32,000 bases of DNA from the NCBI RefSeq assembly GCF_900187275.1, contig NZ_LT906458.1, forward strand, positions 120,001 through 152,000, written 5' to 3'. Within the stretch, counting starts at the first letter, position 1, and every line of letters begins with the position of its first letter. Below, piece after piece: positions 19,841 to 29,246 of this stretch. Under the pieces are notes generated by a model. It saw only the letters and a program-made list of their open reading frames with translations. It did not search any database and had not been told where the DNA came from. The stretch is from Pasteurella multocida. Its GTDB lineage: Bacteria; Pseudomonadota; Gammaproteobacteria; Enterobacterales; Pasteurellaceae. The position numbers and the translations under genes are program-made.

Positions 19841-19871
19841 AAGGCGGACAACAACGTTCGCCTTCTTTTTT
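19841..19871 (+). terminator. Rho-independent terminator of metK
   Basis: AAGGCGGA-8 nt-TTCGCCTT (one G-U pair) followed by CTTTTTT. The U-tract runs directly into the sprT ATG. Confidence 0.7.
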
Positions 19872-20381
19872 ATGCCAATTATGCAACCACAAACTCAGCT
19901 TCGTCATTTAAATAGGCAAGTTCAACGTAAACTCACTCAGTGTTTGCAACTTGCGAGCGGCTATTTCAATCGTACGTTCTCTATGCCAACAGTGCATTAT
20001 AATGTACGAGGCATGAAAGCTGGTGTGGCATATTTGCAACAAAATGAAATTCGGCTGAATCCGATTCTGTTACTTGAAAATTCAGCAGCATTTATTCAGC
20101 AAGTGGTGCCCCATGAACTCGCTCATTTAATTGTTTATCAAGTATTTGGTCGCGTTAAACCACACGGTGAAGAATGGCAGAGCGTAATGCAAGATGTTTT
20201 TCATTTAACACCGGAAGTGTGTCATCAATTTGATGTAACGCGAGTAAGAGGACCGACTTTTGCTTACTACTGCCAATGCAAAGTACATCATTTGACACAA
20301 AGAAGACACCATAATATACAAAAAAATAACATTGTATATTTATGTAAAAATTGTAAATCTCGGTTGATTAAGAAGACTTAA
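19872..20381 (+). CDS. sprT: SprT family zinc metalloprotease-like protein
   Basis: 169 aa. [12 protein letters not shown], the HELAH zinc motif and a C-terminal CxxC...CxxC, collinear with E. coli SprT as I recall it. Confidence 0.88.
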   Translation: MPIMQPQTQLRHLNRQVQRKLTQCLQLASGYFNRTFSMPTVHYNVRGMKAGVAYLQQNEIRLNPILLLENSAAFIQQVVPHELAHLIVYQVFGRVKPHGEEWQSVMQDVFHLTPEVCHQFDVTRVRGPTFAYYCQCKVHHLTQRRHHNIQKNNIVYLCKNCKSRLIKKT

Positions 20382-20387
20382 TATGGC

Positions 20388-20417
20388 TTGATAATATCGT
20401 TGCCAAGATTTTATAAC
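20388..20417 (+). promoter_or_regulatory. Candidate sigma-70 promoter of the small OMP gene
   Basis: TTGATA (20388-20393), an 18-nt spacer, then TATAAC (20412-20417). Confidence 0.45.
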
Positions 20418-20444
20418 TCCATTAACACTAAAGAGGACATGACA

Positions 20445-21038
20445 ATGAAAAAATCAGTATTTGTATTAGCGTTAGGCACATTATGTGCAGCAACAGCAAG
20501 CGCTAATTTTTATGTACAGGGTGATTTGGGGTATTCCAAGTTAAAATTTGAAGATGTGAGTAAAAGTAAATTTTCACCAAGTTTAGCAGTGGGTTATAAA
20601 TTTGATGATTTCCGTTTAGCATTAGATTATAGCCATTATGGAAAATTAACCCATACTGAGCAAGAGAGTGCAACAATTCCAAATGCTGGTGGTCATCAAA
20701 CTGTTTCTGGACCAGAAAAATATTCGCTCAAAGTGACCTCATGGGGGCTGTCTGCATTATATGATTTCAATTTTGGTACAGAAATTAAGCCTTATGTCGG
20801 GATGAGACTCTCTCAAAATCATTTCAAATCCACTTTAGATTTTAAAGCGCCAGGCTATTCAGAATATCGCAGTACAAAAGTACATAAATTGGGCTATGGC
20901 TTTTTAGCGGGGGCACAATATGCGTTAGTGAAGAATGTGTCTCTGAACGCGGGTATCGAATATAATCGTTTAGGTAAAATTGATGGCGTTAAAATCAACC
21001 AATACGGCGCGAAAGTGGGTTTACGTTACGATTTCTAA
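20445..21038 (+). CDS. Small outer-membrane beta-barrel protein (Opa/OmpX-like, about 8 strands)
   Basis: ATG at 20445, 7 nt after AAGAGGA. Signal peptide MKKSVFVLALGTLCAATASA/NF, alternating amphipathic strands and the C-terminal beta-signal GLRYDF. The listed ORF starts upstream at a TTG. Confidence 0.8.
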   Translation: MKKSVFVLALGTLCAATASANFYVQGDLGYSKLKFEDVSKSKFSPSLAVGYKFDDFRLALDYSHYGKLTHTEQESATIPNAGGHQTVSGPEKYSLKVTSWGLSALYDFNFGTEIKPYVGMRLSQNHFKSTLDFKAPGYSEYRSTKVHKLGYGFLAGAQYALVKNVSLNAGIEYNRLGKIDGVKINQYGAKVGLRYDF

Positions 21039-21069
21039 GCAGATTGCCTAATTAAACGTTGTTTAAATG

Positions 21070-21110
21070 GTGCGGTGGAAAAAGTGAAACTTTCTACCGC
21101 ACTTTTTTTG
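21070..21110 (+). terminator. Rho-independent terminator of the OMP gene, containing a USS
   Basis: 12-bp stem GTGCGGTGGAAA / TTTCTACCGCAC (one G-U pair) followed by T7. The 3' arm contains an exact ACCGCACTT. Confidence 0.85.
21096..21104 (-). repeat. Uptake signal sequence core (Hin-type USS)
   Basis: Exact ACCGCACTT forming the 3' arm of the OMP terminator. Confidence 0.8.
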
Positions 21111-21129
21111 CGCTTAATAGTAGTATTTT

Positions 21130-21160
21130 CCCTTGAAATTTCGTTTTTTGCACTTATATC
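21130..21160 (+). promoter_or_regulatory. Sigma-32 (heat-shock) type promoter candidate for htpG
   Basis: CCCTTGAAA is an exact match to the sigma-32 -35 core CCCTTGAA. After a 13-nt spacer comes CACTTATAT, a degenerate AT-rich version of CCCCATnTA. Confidence 0.45.
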
Positions 21161-21206
21161 AGGAAGCACTTATTAAGTGTAATAAAGCGTAACAGAAGGA
21201 AATATT

Positions 21207-23102
21207 ATGTCAACGAATCAAGAAACGCGTGGTTTTCAATCGGAAGTCAAACAACTTCTTCAACTAATGATCCATTCTCTCTATTCCAATAAAGAAATTT
21301 TCTTACGTGAATTAATTTCCAATGCCTCTGATGCGGCAGATAAATTGCGTTTTAAAGCCTTGTCTGCGCCAGAGCTTTATGAAGGTGATGGGGATTTAAA
21401 AGTGCGTATTCGTTTTGATGAAGAGAAAGGCACTTTAACCATTAGTGATAATGGCATTGGGATGACGCGTGATGAAGTAATCGATCATTTAGGTACCATT
21501 GCCAAATCGGGCACCAAAGAATTTTTAAGTGCATTAGGACAAGATCAAGCCAAAGATAGCCAATTAATTGGTCAGTTTGGGGTCGGTTTTTATTCCGCCT
21601 TTATTGTGGCAGATAAAGTCACTGTGAAAACGCGTGCAGCAGGCGTAAGTGCAGATAAAGCGGTGCTTTGGGAATCGGCAGGCGAAGGTGAGTATTCTGT
21701 GGCGGATATTGACAAAAAAGAACGCGGTACCGAAATTACCCTTCACTTACGTGAAGATGAAAAAGCCTTTTTAAATGATTGGCGCTTACGTGAAATTATC
21801 GGCAAATATTCGGATCATATTGGTTTGCCAGTAGAAATCTTAACCAAAGAATATGACGATGAAGGCAAAGAAACCGGCATTAAATGGGAAAAAATCAATA
21901 AAGCGCAAGCCTTGTGGACACGTGCAAAAAATGAGATTTCGGAGGAAGAATATCAAGAGTTCTATAAGCATTTAAGTCATGATTTTACCGATCCGTTACT
22001 TTGGGCACACAATAAAGTAGAAGGAAATCAAGAATATACCAGTTTACTTTATGTGCCAGCAAAAGCCCCTTGGGATTTATTTAATCGCGAACATAAACAC
22101 GGCTTAAAGCTGTATGTACAACGTGTCTTTATTATGGATGATGCGCAAGTCTTTATGCCAAATTATCTGCGTTTTATGCGTGGTTTATTAGATTCCAATG
22201 ATTTGCCACTGAATGTATCGCGCGAAATTTTACAAGATAACAAAGTCACGAGTGCTTTACGTAAAGCCCTAACGAAACGTGCATTACAAATGCTCGAAAA
22301 ATTAGCCAAAGACGATGCGGAGAAATACCAACGCTTTTGGCAAGAGTTTGGTTTAGTGTTAAAAGAAGGTCCAGCAGAAGATTTTGCAAATAAAGAAACG
22401 ATTGCAAAATTATTACGTTTTGCTTCAACACACAATGACAGCAGCCAACAAAGCGTGTCGTTAGAAGACTATGTGGCACGTATGAAAGAAGGACAAAAGG
22501 CGATTTATTACATTACGGCAGATACTTATGTCGCCGCGAAAAACTCACCGCACTTAGAATTGTTCAATAAGAAAGGCATTGAAGTATTATTGCTGTCCGA
22601 TCGTATTGATGAATGGATGTTAAGCTACTTAACGGAATTTGACGGTAAGCCACTGCAAACCATCAGTAAAGCGGATTTAGATCTAGGTGATTTAGCGGAT
22701 AAAGAGGAAGACAGTCAAAAAGCACAAGATGAGCAATATGCTTCTTTTGTGGAACGTGTGAAAACCTTGCTTGGCGAGCGCGTGAAAGAAGTGCGCTTAA
22801 CCCACCGTTTAACGGATACGCCAGCGGTTGTTTCGACGGGTGATGACCAGATGACCACCCAAATGGCGAAATTATTCGCTGCGGCGGGTCAAGCGATGCC
22901 AGAGGTTAAATACACCTTCGAATTAAATCCAGAACATGGTTTAGTACAAAAAGTAGCAGAAATTGCCGATGAGCAGCAATTTGCCGATTGGATTGAATTG
23001 CTACTTGAACAAGCGATGTTGGCTGAGCGTGGTAGCCTTGAAAATCCAGTTGCCTTTATTAAACGCATGAACACCTTGTTAGGTAAACTCACAAGTCATT
23101 AA
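21207..23102 (+). CDS. htpG: Chaperone HtpG (Hsp90)
   Basis: 631 aa. GHKL ATPase N-terminus ([32 protein letters not shown]) with middle and C-terminal dimerisation domains. Confidence 0.98.
   Translation: MSTNQETRGFQSEVKQLLQLMIHSLYSNKEIFLRELISNASDAADKLRFKALSAPELYEGDGDLKVRIRFDEEKGTLTISDNGIGMTRDEVIDHLGTIAKSGTKEFLSALGQDQAKDSQLIGQFGVGFYSAFIVADKVTVKTRAAGVSADKAVLWESAGEGEYSVADIDKKERGTEITLHLREDEKAFLNDWRLREIIGKYSDHIGLPVEILTKEYDDEGKETGIKWEKINKAQALWTRAKNEISEEEYQEFYKHLSHDFTDPLLWAHNKVEGNQEYTSLLYVPAKAPWDLFNREHKHGLKLYVQRVFIMDDAQVFMPNYLRFMRGLLDSNDLPLNVSREILQDNKVTSALRKALTKRALQMLEKLAKDDAEKYQRFWQEFGLVLKEGPAEDFANKETIAKLLRFASTHNDSSQQSVSLEDYVARMKEGQKAIYYITADTYVAAKNSPHLELFNKKGIEVLLLSDRIDEWMLSYLTEFDGKPLQTISKADLDLGDLADKEEDSQKAQDEQYASFVERVKTLLGERVKEVRLTHRLTDTPAVVSTGDDQMTTQMAKLFAAAGQAMPEVKYTFELNPEHGLVQKVAEIADEQQFADWIELLLEQAMLAERGSLENPVAFIKRMNTLLGKLTSH
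22547..22555 (-). repeat. Uptake signal sequence core (Hin-type USS)
   Basis: Exact ACCGCACTT, inside htpG. Confidence 0.8.
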
Positions 23103-23123
23103 CGCCGTATTTTGAAATATGCT

Positions 23124-23164
23124 AAAATCCCTTGGGTCAAATATCTAAGGGATTTTTATTTTAA
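23124..23164 (+). terminator. Rho-independent terminator of htpG
   Basis: AAATCCCTT-13 nt-AAGGGATTT followed by TTTTTATTTT. Confidence 0.8.
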
Positions 23165-23170
23165 GGAGAA

Positions 23171-23518
23171 ATGATGATTACTGTTTATGGCATTAAAAAT
23201 TGCGATACTGTGAAAAAAGCATTAAGTTGGTTAAGTGCCAATAATATTACACACCAATTGCATGATTATCGTGTAGATGGCTTAGACAAAAGCTGGTTGG
23301 CACAAGCTGAAGCCCAGTTTGGCTGGGAAGTGTTAGTCAATAAACGTAGCACTACATGGCGGAATCTGAGTGATGAGGTGAAAGAAAATTTATCAAAACA
23401 GACCGCACTTGAGGTGCTTTTTGAGCAGCCTACCTTAATTAAACGTCCAATTATTTTACAAGACGGCAAGGCATTGATTGGCTTTAATGCAAAAGAGTAT
23501 GCAGCCTGTTTTAAATAA
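23171..23518 (+). CDS. yffB: ArsC-family (Spx/YffB-like) thioredoxin-fold protein
   Basis: 115 aa. YGIKNCDTVKKA...HDYRVDGL...GWE.L.NKRSTTWR matches E. coli YffB as I recall it, which also sits directly upstream of dapE. The second ATG (23174) has the better SD spacing. Confidence 0.85.
   Translation: MMITVYGIKNCDTVKKALSWLSANNITHQLHDYRVDGLDKSWLAQAEAQFGWEVLVNKRSTTWRNLSDEVKENLSKQTALEVLFEQPTLIKRPIILQDGKALIGFNAKEYAACFK
23402..23410 (-). repeat. Uptake signal sequence core (Hin-type USS)
   Basis: Exact ACCGCACTT, inside yffB. Confidence 0.8.
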
Positions 23519-23582
23519 GGCGATCGTGGTATGGTTGCCCTGATCTTTTTTGACAGAAACCCCGTTTTACCTTCTTGAGCAA

Positions 23583-23591
23583 AAGTGCGGT
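23583..23591 (+). repeat. Uptake signal sequence core (Hin-type USS)
   Basis: Exact AAGTGCGGT, 7 nt upstream of the dapE ATG. Confidence 0.8.
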
Positions 23592-23597
23592 ATAAAA

Positions 23598-24734
23598 ATG
23601 AAAAATTCCATTATTGAATTAGCCCGTGAATTGATTCGCCGACCATCCATTAGCCCTGACGATCAAGGTTGTCAACAGATCATCGCTGAGCGTTTAGAAC
23701 GCTTAGGTTTTCAAATCGAATGGCTCCCTTTTAATGATACGTTAAATTTATGGGCGAAACATGGTTCGGGTTCGCCAGTCATTGCCTTTGCAGGACATAC
23801 CGATGTGGTGCCTATGGGGGATACAACCCAATGGCAGTATCCGCCTTTTTCCGCACAGCTAGTGGATAATGTGCTGTATGGGCGTGGTGCGGCAGACATG
23901 AAAGGATCGCTTGCGGCGATGGTGGTGGCGGCAGAACACTATGTGAAAGCCAATCCAGAGCATTCAGGTACTGTTGCTTTATTAATTACCTCAGATGAAG
24001 AAGCCGCCGCTAAAGATGGTACAGTACGTGTAGTCGAGACATTAATGGCAAGAGGTGAGCCGATTGATTATTGTATTGTCGGCGAGCCTTCAAGTGCTCA
24101 GCAGTTTGGTGATATTGTCAAAAATGGTCGCCGCGGTTCGATTACAGCAAACCTTTATATTCAAGGGGTACAAGGGCATGTGGCTTATCCGCATTTAGCA
24201 CAAAATCCAGTGCATAAGGCACTTGGCTTTTTAACAGAATTGACCACTTATCAATGGGATAACGGTAATGACTTTTTTCCACCGACTTCATTGCAAATTG
24301 CTAATATTCAGGCGGGAACAGGGAGCAATAATGTGATACCGGGTGAGCTTTATGTGCAATTTAATTTACGCTATTGCACAGAAGTGACCGATGACATCAT
24401 TAAAAAGAAAGTTGCAGAGATGTTAGCAAAACATCAGTTAAATTATCGTATTGAGTGGCGTCTATCGGGCAAACCGTTTTTAACAGCGAAAGGCAAATTG
24501 GTGGATACCTTGCTAGATGTCGTGGAAAAAATCACGCAAAACCGACCGCACTTAGATACCGGTGGTGGCACGTCAGATGCCCGTTTTATTGCGTTAATGG
24601 GGGCAGAAGTGGTGGAATTTGGACCGTTGAATAAAACTATTCATAAAGTCGATGAATGTGTCAATGTAGATGATCTGGCAAAATGTGGTGAAGTATATCA
24701 GCACGTTTTGTGTAATATGTTGGAACGCGTATGA
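23598..24734 (+). CDS. dapE: Succinyl-diaminopimelate desuccinylase
   Basis: M20 peptidase motifs ([20 protein letters not shown]). I place the start at the ATG at 23598 ([12 protein letters not shown]...). The listed ORF starts 48 nt earlier at a TTG. Confidence 0.94.
   Translation: MKNSIIELARELIRRPSISPDDQGCQQIIAERLERLGFQIEWLPFNDTLNLWAKHGSGSPVIAFAGHTDVVPMGDTTQWQYPPFSAQLVDNVLYGRGAADMKGSLAAMVVAAEHYVKANPEHSGTVALLITSDEEAAAKDGTVRVVETLMARGEPIDYCIVGEPSSAQQFGDIVKNGRRGSITANLYIQGVQGHVAYPHLAQNPVHKALGFLTELTTYQWDNGNDFFPPTSLQIANIQAGTGSNNVIPGELYVQFNLRYCTEVTDDIIKKKVAEMLAKHQLNYRIEWRLSGKPFLTAKGKLVDTLLDVVEKITQNRPHLDTGGGTSDARFIALMGAEVVEFGPLNKTIHKVDECVNVDDLAKCGEVYQHVLCNMLERV
24545..24553 (-). repeat. Uptake signal sequence core (Hin-type USS)
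   Basis: Exact ACCGCACTT, inside dapE. Confidence 0.8.
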
Positions 24735-25417
24735 GCTTTCTCTTTACACCCGAGCAATTAACCGGTAAGGCACGCACACATTTAGTTGCACTCCCTTGCC
24801 CATTTTCTGTCCATCATTTCTTACACCAAGATTGCTTAGTGGCTTTTCAATGTTTACAGCAAAGTGCGGCTAAACATGGCTTTAATTTACAGCCAGCCAG
24901 TAGCTTTCGTGACTTTCAACGTCAACAAGCCATTTGGAATGCGAAATTTTATGGTGAGCGTAAAGTGCATGATGATCAGGGAAATCCGCTCGATTTGAGC
25001 ACACTTTCCGACTGGGAAAAAGTACAAGCTATTTTACGTTGGTCTGCTTTGCCGGGTGGTAGTCGTCATCATTGGGGCACGGAAATTGATGTTTTTGATC
25101 CGCACTTATTGCCTCCTCATCAAACTTTACAACTTGAACCTTGGGAATATGAACAAGGCGGTTATTTCTTTGAATTAAGTGAGTGGTTGCAACAACATCT
25201 CGCTCATTTTGATTTTGCCTTGCCTTTCACGCAGTTACCACAAGATAAAGAAATTGGTTATGAACCTTGGCATATCAGTTATTTACCGATTGCACAACAA
25301 GCCCAACAACAGTTTAATGCAGATATATTATGTGAGGCATGGCAGCAGGAAGAAATTGCAGGCAAAGCCTGTTTGCTTGCGAATCTCGCGCAGATTTTTT
25401 GTCGTTTTTTTATTTAA
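24731..25417 (+). CDS. M15-family zinc metallopeptidase (VanX/VanY/LdcB-like), with no evident signal peptide
   Basis: 228 aa. [10 protein letters not shown] fits the SxHxxGxxxD motif and EPWHISY fits the ExxH motif. Its ATG overlaps the dapE stop as GTATGA. Confidence 0.75.
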   Translation: MSFLFTPEQLTGKARTHLVALPCPFSVHHFLHQDCLVAFQCLQQSAAKHGFNLQPASSFRDFQRQQAIWNAKFYGERKVHDDQGNPLDLSTLSDWEKVQAILRWSALPGGSRHHWGTEIDVFDPHLLPPHQTLQLEPWEYEQGGYFFELSEWLQQHLAHFDFALPFTQLPQDKEIGYEPWHISYLPIAQQAQQQFNADILCEAWQQEEIAGKACLLANLAQIFCRFFI

Positions 25418-25426
25418 GGAGATAAC

Positions 25427-26035
25427 ATGGAAATTCAACAGTTTCGTCAGCAAGATATTGACATTCTTAAAGAAGAAACCTTATACCAAGGTTTTTTTCA
25501 ATTAAAAAAGATTCAATTTAAACACAAGCTGTTTACTGGCGGATACAGTGGGGTAGTCACTCGTGAATTGTTAGTCAAAGGGGCCGCATCTGCGGTGATT
25601 GCTTACGATCCGATTAAAGATGCCGTTGTATTGGTTGAGCAAGTGCGTATTGGTGCTTATCAACCTGATTCAGCACAGTCACCTTGGTTGTTAGAGTTGA
25701 TCGCCGGCATGGTAGAAGAAGGGGAAAAACCAGAAGAGGTTGCGCTACGTGAAAGCGAAGAAGAAGCCGGCGTGCAAGTGCAAGATTTGCAACATTGTTT
25801 AAGCGTGTGGGACAGCCCAGGTGGTGTGTTTGAGCGTATCCATTTGTTTGTGGGCAAAGTGGATAGCACAACAGCGAAAGGGCTACACGGTTTGAGCGAA
25901 GAGAATGAAGATATCCGTGTCCATGTAGTGAGCCGTGAGCAAGCTTATCAATGGGTTAATGAGGGCAAAATTGATAATAGCATTGCGGTGTTGGGATTAC
26001 AGTGGTTACAGTTGAATTATAAGACCCTCTCATAA
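25427..26035 (+). CDS. nudF: ADP-ribose pyrophosphatase (Nudix hydrolase NudF)
   Basis: 202 aa. The Nudix box is GMVEEGEKPEEVALRESEEEAG, and the N-terminal YQGFF...F.HKLF..G pattern is typical of NudF. Confidence 0.9.
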   Translation: MEIQQFRQQDIDILKEETLYQGFFQLKKIQFKHKLFTGGYSGVVTRELLVKGAASAVIAYDPIKDAVVLVEQVRIGAYQPDSAQSPWLLELIAGMVEEGEKPEEVALRESEEEAGVQVQDLQHCLSVWDSPGGVFERIHLFVGKVDSTTAKGLHGLSEENEDIRVHVVSREQAYQWVNEGKIDNSIAVLGLQWLQLNYKTLS

Positions 26036-26044
26036 TTCAATTTT

Positions 26045-26085
26045 CTAAATCCACACGATAAAAGTGTGATTTAGGTTTAATTTTC
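26045..26085 (+). terminator. Weak terminator-like hairpin after nudF
   Basis: CTAAATcCACAC-7 nt-GTGTGATTTAG (one bulge) followed by GTTTAATTTT. Confidence 0.4.
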
Positions 26086-26202
26086 AGAAAATTTTTTATC
26101 AATAAATATGACATAGCTAACATTTTTTTATTTTGGTAGGTGCAATTTCTTTGATAAGTCGGTAATTTACAAAGAGTTTTATTTTAGTCGTAGGAGTTCG
26201 CT

Positions 26203-27033
26203 TTGTTCAGCACTTATAGATATGATACATCAGCGGAGGTGTTCAAAATCATTCAAATTACCGATCCTCATTTGTTTAAAGATGAGCATGGGGAATTATT
26301 AGGCATCAATACATTTCAAAGCTTTTCTCAAGTTTTACACGAAATTAAAGCCAGTCGTTTTGACTATGATCTGGTGTTAGCTACAGGGGATCTGGTTCAA
26401 GATAGTAGTCGTGAAGGCTACTTACATTTTTGTGAACAAGTGAAAAGCTTAGAAAAAACCGTCTTTTGGATTCCCGGAAATCATGATTTTCAACCAAAAA
26501 TGTTTGAAATCTTGAATCAGGATCAAGGTAATTTAAATCCGAAAAAGCACATTCTTTTAGGCAAATCTTGGCAGATTTTAATGTTAGATAGTCAAGTGTT
26601 TGGCGTTCCACATGGTGAATTAAGCCAATATCAAATAGACTGGTTGGTCGCAAAATTAAAAGATCATCCAGAACGTTATACGTTAATTGTCTTACATCAC
26701 CACATTTTGCCTACCCATTCAACTTGGTTAGATCAGCATAATTTACGTAATGCTCATGAATTGGCGTATGCATTAGCCCCTTTTGATAAAGTGAAAGGGA
26801 TTTTACATGGTCATATTCACCAAGAAATGGATGCTAACTGGCAAGGTTATAGAGTGATGGCAACACCTGCAACCTGTATCCAATTTAAACCAGATCATAA
26901 TACGTTTACACTTGATTCAGTTCAGCCAGGTTGGCGAGAGCTTGAATTACACAGTGATGGTCGGATTGAAACACGCGTAAAACGCATTCAAGATAAGACG
27001 TTCTTCCCGAATATGCATGAAGATGGCTATTAA
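26203..27033 (+). CDS. cpdA: 3',5'-cyclic-AMP phosphodiesterase CpdA (Icc)
   Basis: 276 aa. Calcineurin-like metallophosphoesterase motifs (ITDPH, GDLVQD, GNHD, HHH, GHIH). TTG start 6 nt after SD AGGAG. Confidence 0.9.
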   Translation: MFSTYRYDTSAEVFKIIQITDPHLFKDEHGELLGINTFQSFSQVLHEIKASRFDYDLVLATGDLVQDSSREGYLHFCEQVKSLEKTVFWIPGNHDFQPKMFEILNQDQGNLNPKKHILLGKSWQILMLDSQVFGVPHGELSQYQIDWLVAKLKDHPERYTLIVLHHHILPTHSTWLDQHNLRNAHELAYALAPFDKVKGILHGHIHQEMDANWQGYRVMATPATCIQFKPDHNTFTLDSVQPGWRELELHSDGRIETRVKRIQDKTFFPNMHEDGY

Positions 27034-27035
27034 GC

Positions 27036-27071
27036 AAAAACAGCCATGTGGCAACACATGTTTGTTTTTTT
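27036..27071. terminator. Bidirectional terminator between the convergent genes cpdA and wzc
   Basis: CATGTG-gcaa-CACATG, extended by an imperfect outer stem and flanked by A5 and T7. Confidence 0.65.
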
Positions 27072-27090
27072 AAGTTAGGCTAAATTGATT

Positions 27091-27127
27091 AGGAAAGTGA
27101 GTGACATGACGCACTTTCCTTTTTTTC
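27091..27127 (+). terminator. Second hairpin with T-run, just 3' of the wzc stop
   Basis: AGGAAAGTG-12 nt-CACTTTCCT followed by T6 on the plus strand. On the minus strand the tail is not U-rich. Confidence 0.45.
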
Positions 27128-27135
27128 CTCAAATG

Positions 27136-29235
27136 CTAGCTGCGGTAATTGTAATAATCATAGTAGCTCAGCGCTTTGCGTTTTGTACCATTTAAAATAA
27201 ACCCTTTAACGGGGACACCTGCTTGTGCAAAACGTGTTTTAGCGATTTCAATTTCTTTAACCGTTGTTTTCCCAAATAAGCCAACCAGTAGGGTTGTACC
27301 AACATAACGTCCAATAATAGCGGCATCTGTTACCGGCAGAATTGGTGGTGTATCAATTACAACAAGATCATAATGACTCGATGCCCATTCAAGAAGTTGC
27401 TGAAAACGCGCAGTATAAAAAAGTTCTGATGGATTGGGTGGTGTATTTCCTTTCGTAATAATGGCAAATTCAGCATATTGATGAACGATGTCTTCAAATG
27501 GAATATTTTGTGCAATAGCCTCACTTAATCCCTGTTTATTTGCAATACCGAGGAACGGGCGCAAGTAACTGCGACGTAAATCAGCATCAATCAGTAAAAC
27601 TCGTTTTCCAGTTTTTGCTAACACATTAGCTAAATTACTCGAAATAAAACTTTTTCCTACAGAAGGTAATGTGCCAGAAATCATCACAAGATTATTTGGT
27701 GCTTCTAACATGGCAAAATGGAGACTTGTCCTTAAACTACGAATGGCCTCAATCGCATTGTCTTCAGGGTGACTTTCTGACAGGAGACGATATTTTCCTT
27801 TATGTACATGTTTGCGGGAAATCGCCGGCTGTTGTTCTGAATGTGGAATGGCGGCGTAAGTCGGTAGTCCCGTTTTGTCAACATCCGCCGTTGATTCAAT
27901 ACCACGTTGGAAATAATTCCTAAACAGCACTAAAAAGGACGATAAAAGTCCGCCTAATAAAAAGGCAAGTATGATAACGAGCGCTTTTTTAGGTGCAACA
28001 GGATTTGGAAATACTTGTGCATGATCTAAAATACGAACGTTACCAATAGTGCTTGCTTTTACAACATCTAACTCTTGCATTTTATTTAAGAGTTGGATGT
28101 AGATGTGTTGGTTGACTTCTAAATCACGTGTAAAACGAATCATTTCTTTCTGTGTATTTGGCAATTTTTCTAATTGCTTATTTAATCGTTCTTTCTCCGC
28201 ATTCAAGACATTTCTTTTGTCAATTAAAGCAACATAAGAAGGGTGCTTTAGCGTAAATTTGCGTGAGATTTCACTTTCTTGAATAGACAATTCGCTGAGA
28301 TCCGCTTCTATTTGGATAATGGTGTCTAATGTGGCTTTTGCTTCAAGGCTGAGATCAACAGATTCATTTTTTAAGCGGAATTCATTCAATCTATTTTCTG
28401 AGTCAGACAGTTTCTGACGTACATCTGGCAATTGTTGATTAAGAAACTCTAGACTTTTAGAGGCTTCTGCCGAATTTCTCGCGACATTTTGTAATAAGTA
28501 ACTTTCAGCAATACTCGAAACGATATCTTGTATGTGTTTTTTATCTTTTCCCTGAATCGCAATATTAATGATACCCGTTTGTTTACCAATTTCATGAACC
28601 GACAGTTGTTCCTGTAAGGCTGAAATAACGGTTAATTCTGGTAGCTTGTTGATTAGAAAACGTTGTTTAGGTTTGGCATTTATCTGAGATAAAGAAAATT
28701 GAATAAGATCCGTATCATATTTTTCCCCCACTTTGCCTGTTAGCAGTGGCTCTGTAGTTTTTTCCAGAAAAAGGGTATAGCTATCTCGTTGTTCACCAAT
28801 TTCTAAGATGAGTGTATTGGCTGCTTCATTGAGTGGTGTGAAATGGGAAATGGTGATTTGCGGTGAATAGCCTGTGGCACTTGCGAACAGTTTACCCAAG
28901 ATAGGAATCGGATAAATTGGCTCAACCTGTGTCGTTAAATTGAGTTTTTCAACCGCATACGAGAGCACCATTCTCGATTTTAAAATCGCGATTTCGGTAT
29001 GCGAGGAGGATTTTTCCTCAAAGATCCCCGCGAAATCTTTTAATGCACCGCCCGCTGATTTATCTTCAATTTGTATGGAAGCATTCGCAAGATAAACAGG
29101 AGGGGCAAGAAAGGCATAGCCTGCTCCAATGAGTGTTGTAAGTAGGGTAAACAGGGCAATCCACCCTTTATGATCTAATAAAATGCCGAGGAATTTCATT
29201 ACATCAAGTGTTTCTTCATGGTTTTTCTCGTTCAT
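27136..29235 (-). CDS. wzc: Polysaccharide co-polymerase / BY-tyrosine autokinase Wzc
   Basis: Wzz-type N-terminal domain with two TM segments and a long coiled periplasmic region. Walker A GTLPSVGKS, A' VLLIDADLRR, B DLVVIDTPP, and a C-terminal Tyr cluster SYYDYYNYRS. I prefer the ATG at 29235 (AGGA 9 nt upstream) over the listed 29265. Confidence 0.93.
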   Translation of the reverse strand: MNEKNHEETLDVMKFLGILLDHKGWIALFTLLTTLIGAGYAFLAPPVYLANASIQIEDKSAGGALKDFAGIFEEKSSSHTEIAILKSRMVLSYAVEKLNLTTQVEPIYPIPILGKLFASATGYSPQITISHFTPLNEAANTLILEIGEQRDSYTLFLEKTTEPLLTGKVGEKYDTDLIQFSLSQINAKPKQRFLINKLPELTVISALQEQLSVHEIGKQTGIINIAIQGKDKKHIQDIVSSIAESYLLQNVARNSAEASKSLEFLNQQLPDVRQKLSDSENRLNEFRLKNESVDLSLEAKATLDTIIQIEADLSELSIQESEISRKFTLKHPSYVALIDKRNVLNAEKERLNKQLEKLPNTQKEMIRFTRDLEVNQHIYIQLLNKMQELDVVKASTIGNVRILDHAQVFPNPVAPKKALVIILAFLLGGLLSSFLVLFRNYFQRGIESTADVDKTGLPTYAAIPHSEQQPAISRKHVHKGKYRLLSESHPEDNAIEAIRSLRTSLHFAMLEAPNNLVMISGTLPSVGKSFISSNLANVLAKTGKRVLLIDADLRRSYLRPFLGIANKQGLSEAIAQNIPFEDIVHQYAEFAIITKGNTPPNPSELFYTARFQQLLEWASSHYDLVVIDTPPILPVTDAAIIGRYVGTTLLVGLFGKTTVKEIEIAKTRFAQAGVPVKGFILNGTKRKALSYYDYYNYRS

Positions 29236-29246
29236 TATTTCATATC

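Noticed and set aside
25179-25505. A 108-aa plus-strand ORF bridging the M15 peptidase and nudF.
   Set aside because: It is out of frame within two well-supported genes and crosses their intergenic SD. It is Lys/Phe-rich as expected from an AT-rich off-frame.
26065-26080. A CRP-like sequence, TGTGATTTAGGTTTAA, upstream of cpdA. CRP control of the cAMP phosphodiesterase would be an attractive idea.
   Set aside because: The second half-site (TTTAA against TCACA) matches at only 2/5 positions. The TGTGA is part of the nudF terminator-like hairpin.
26036-26202. A 167-bp AT-rich nudF-cpdA spacer, at the position where E. coli carries yqiB (from memory). I checked it for a gene remnant or a mobile-element scar.
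   Set aside because: There is no ORF remnant, no terminal inverted repeats and no direct repeats. It looks like an ordinary terminator-plus-promoter spacer.
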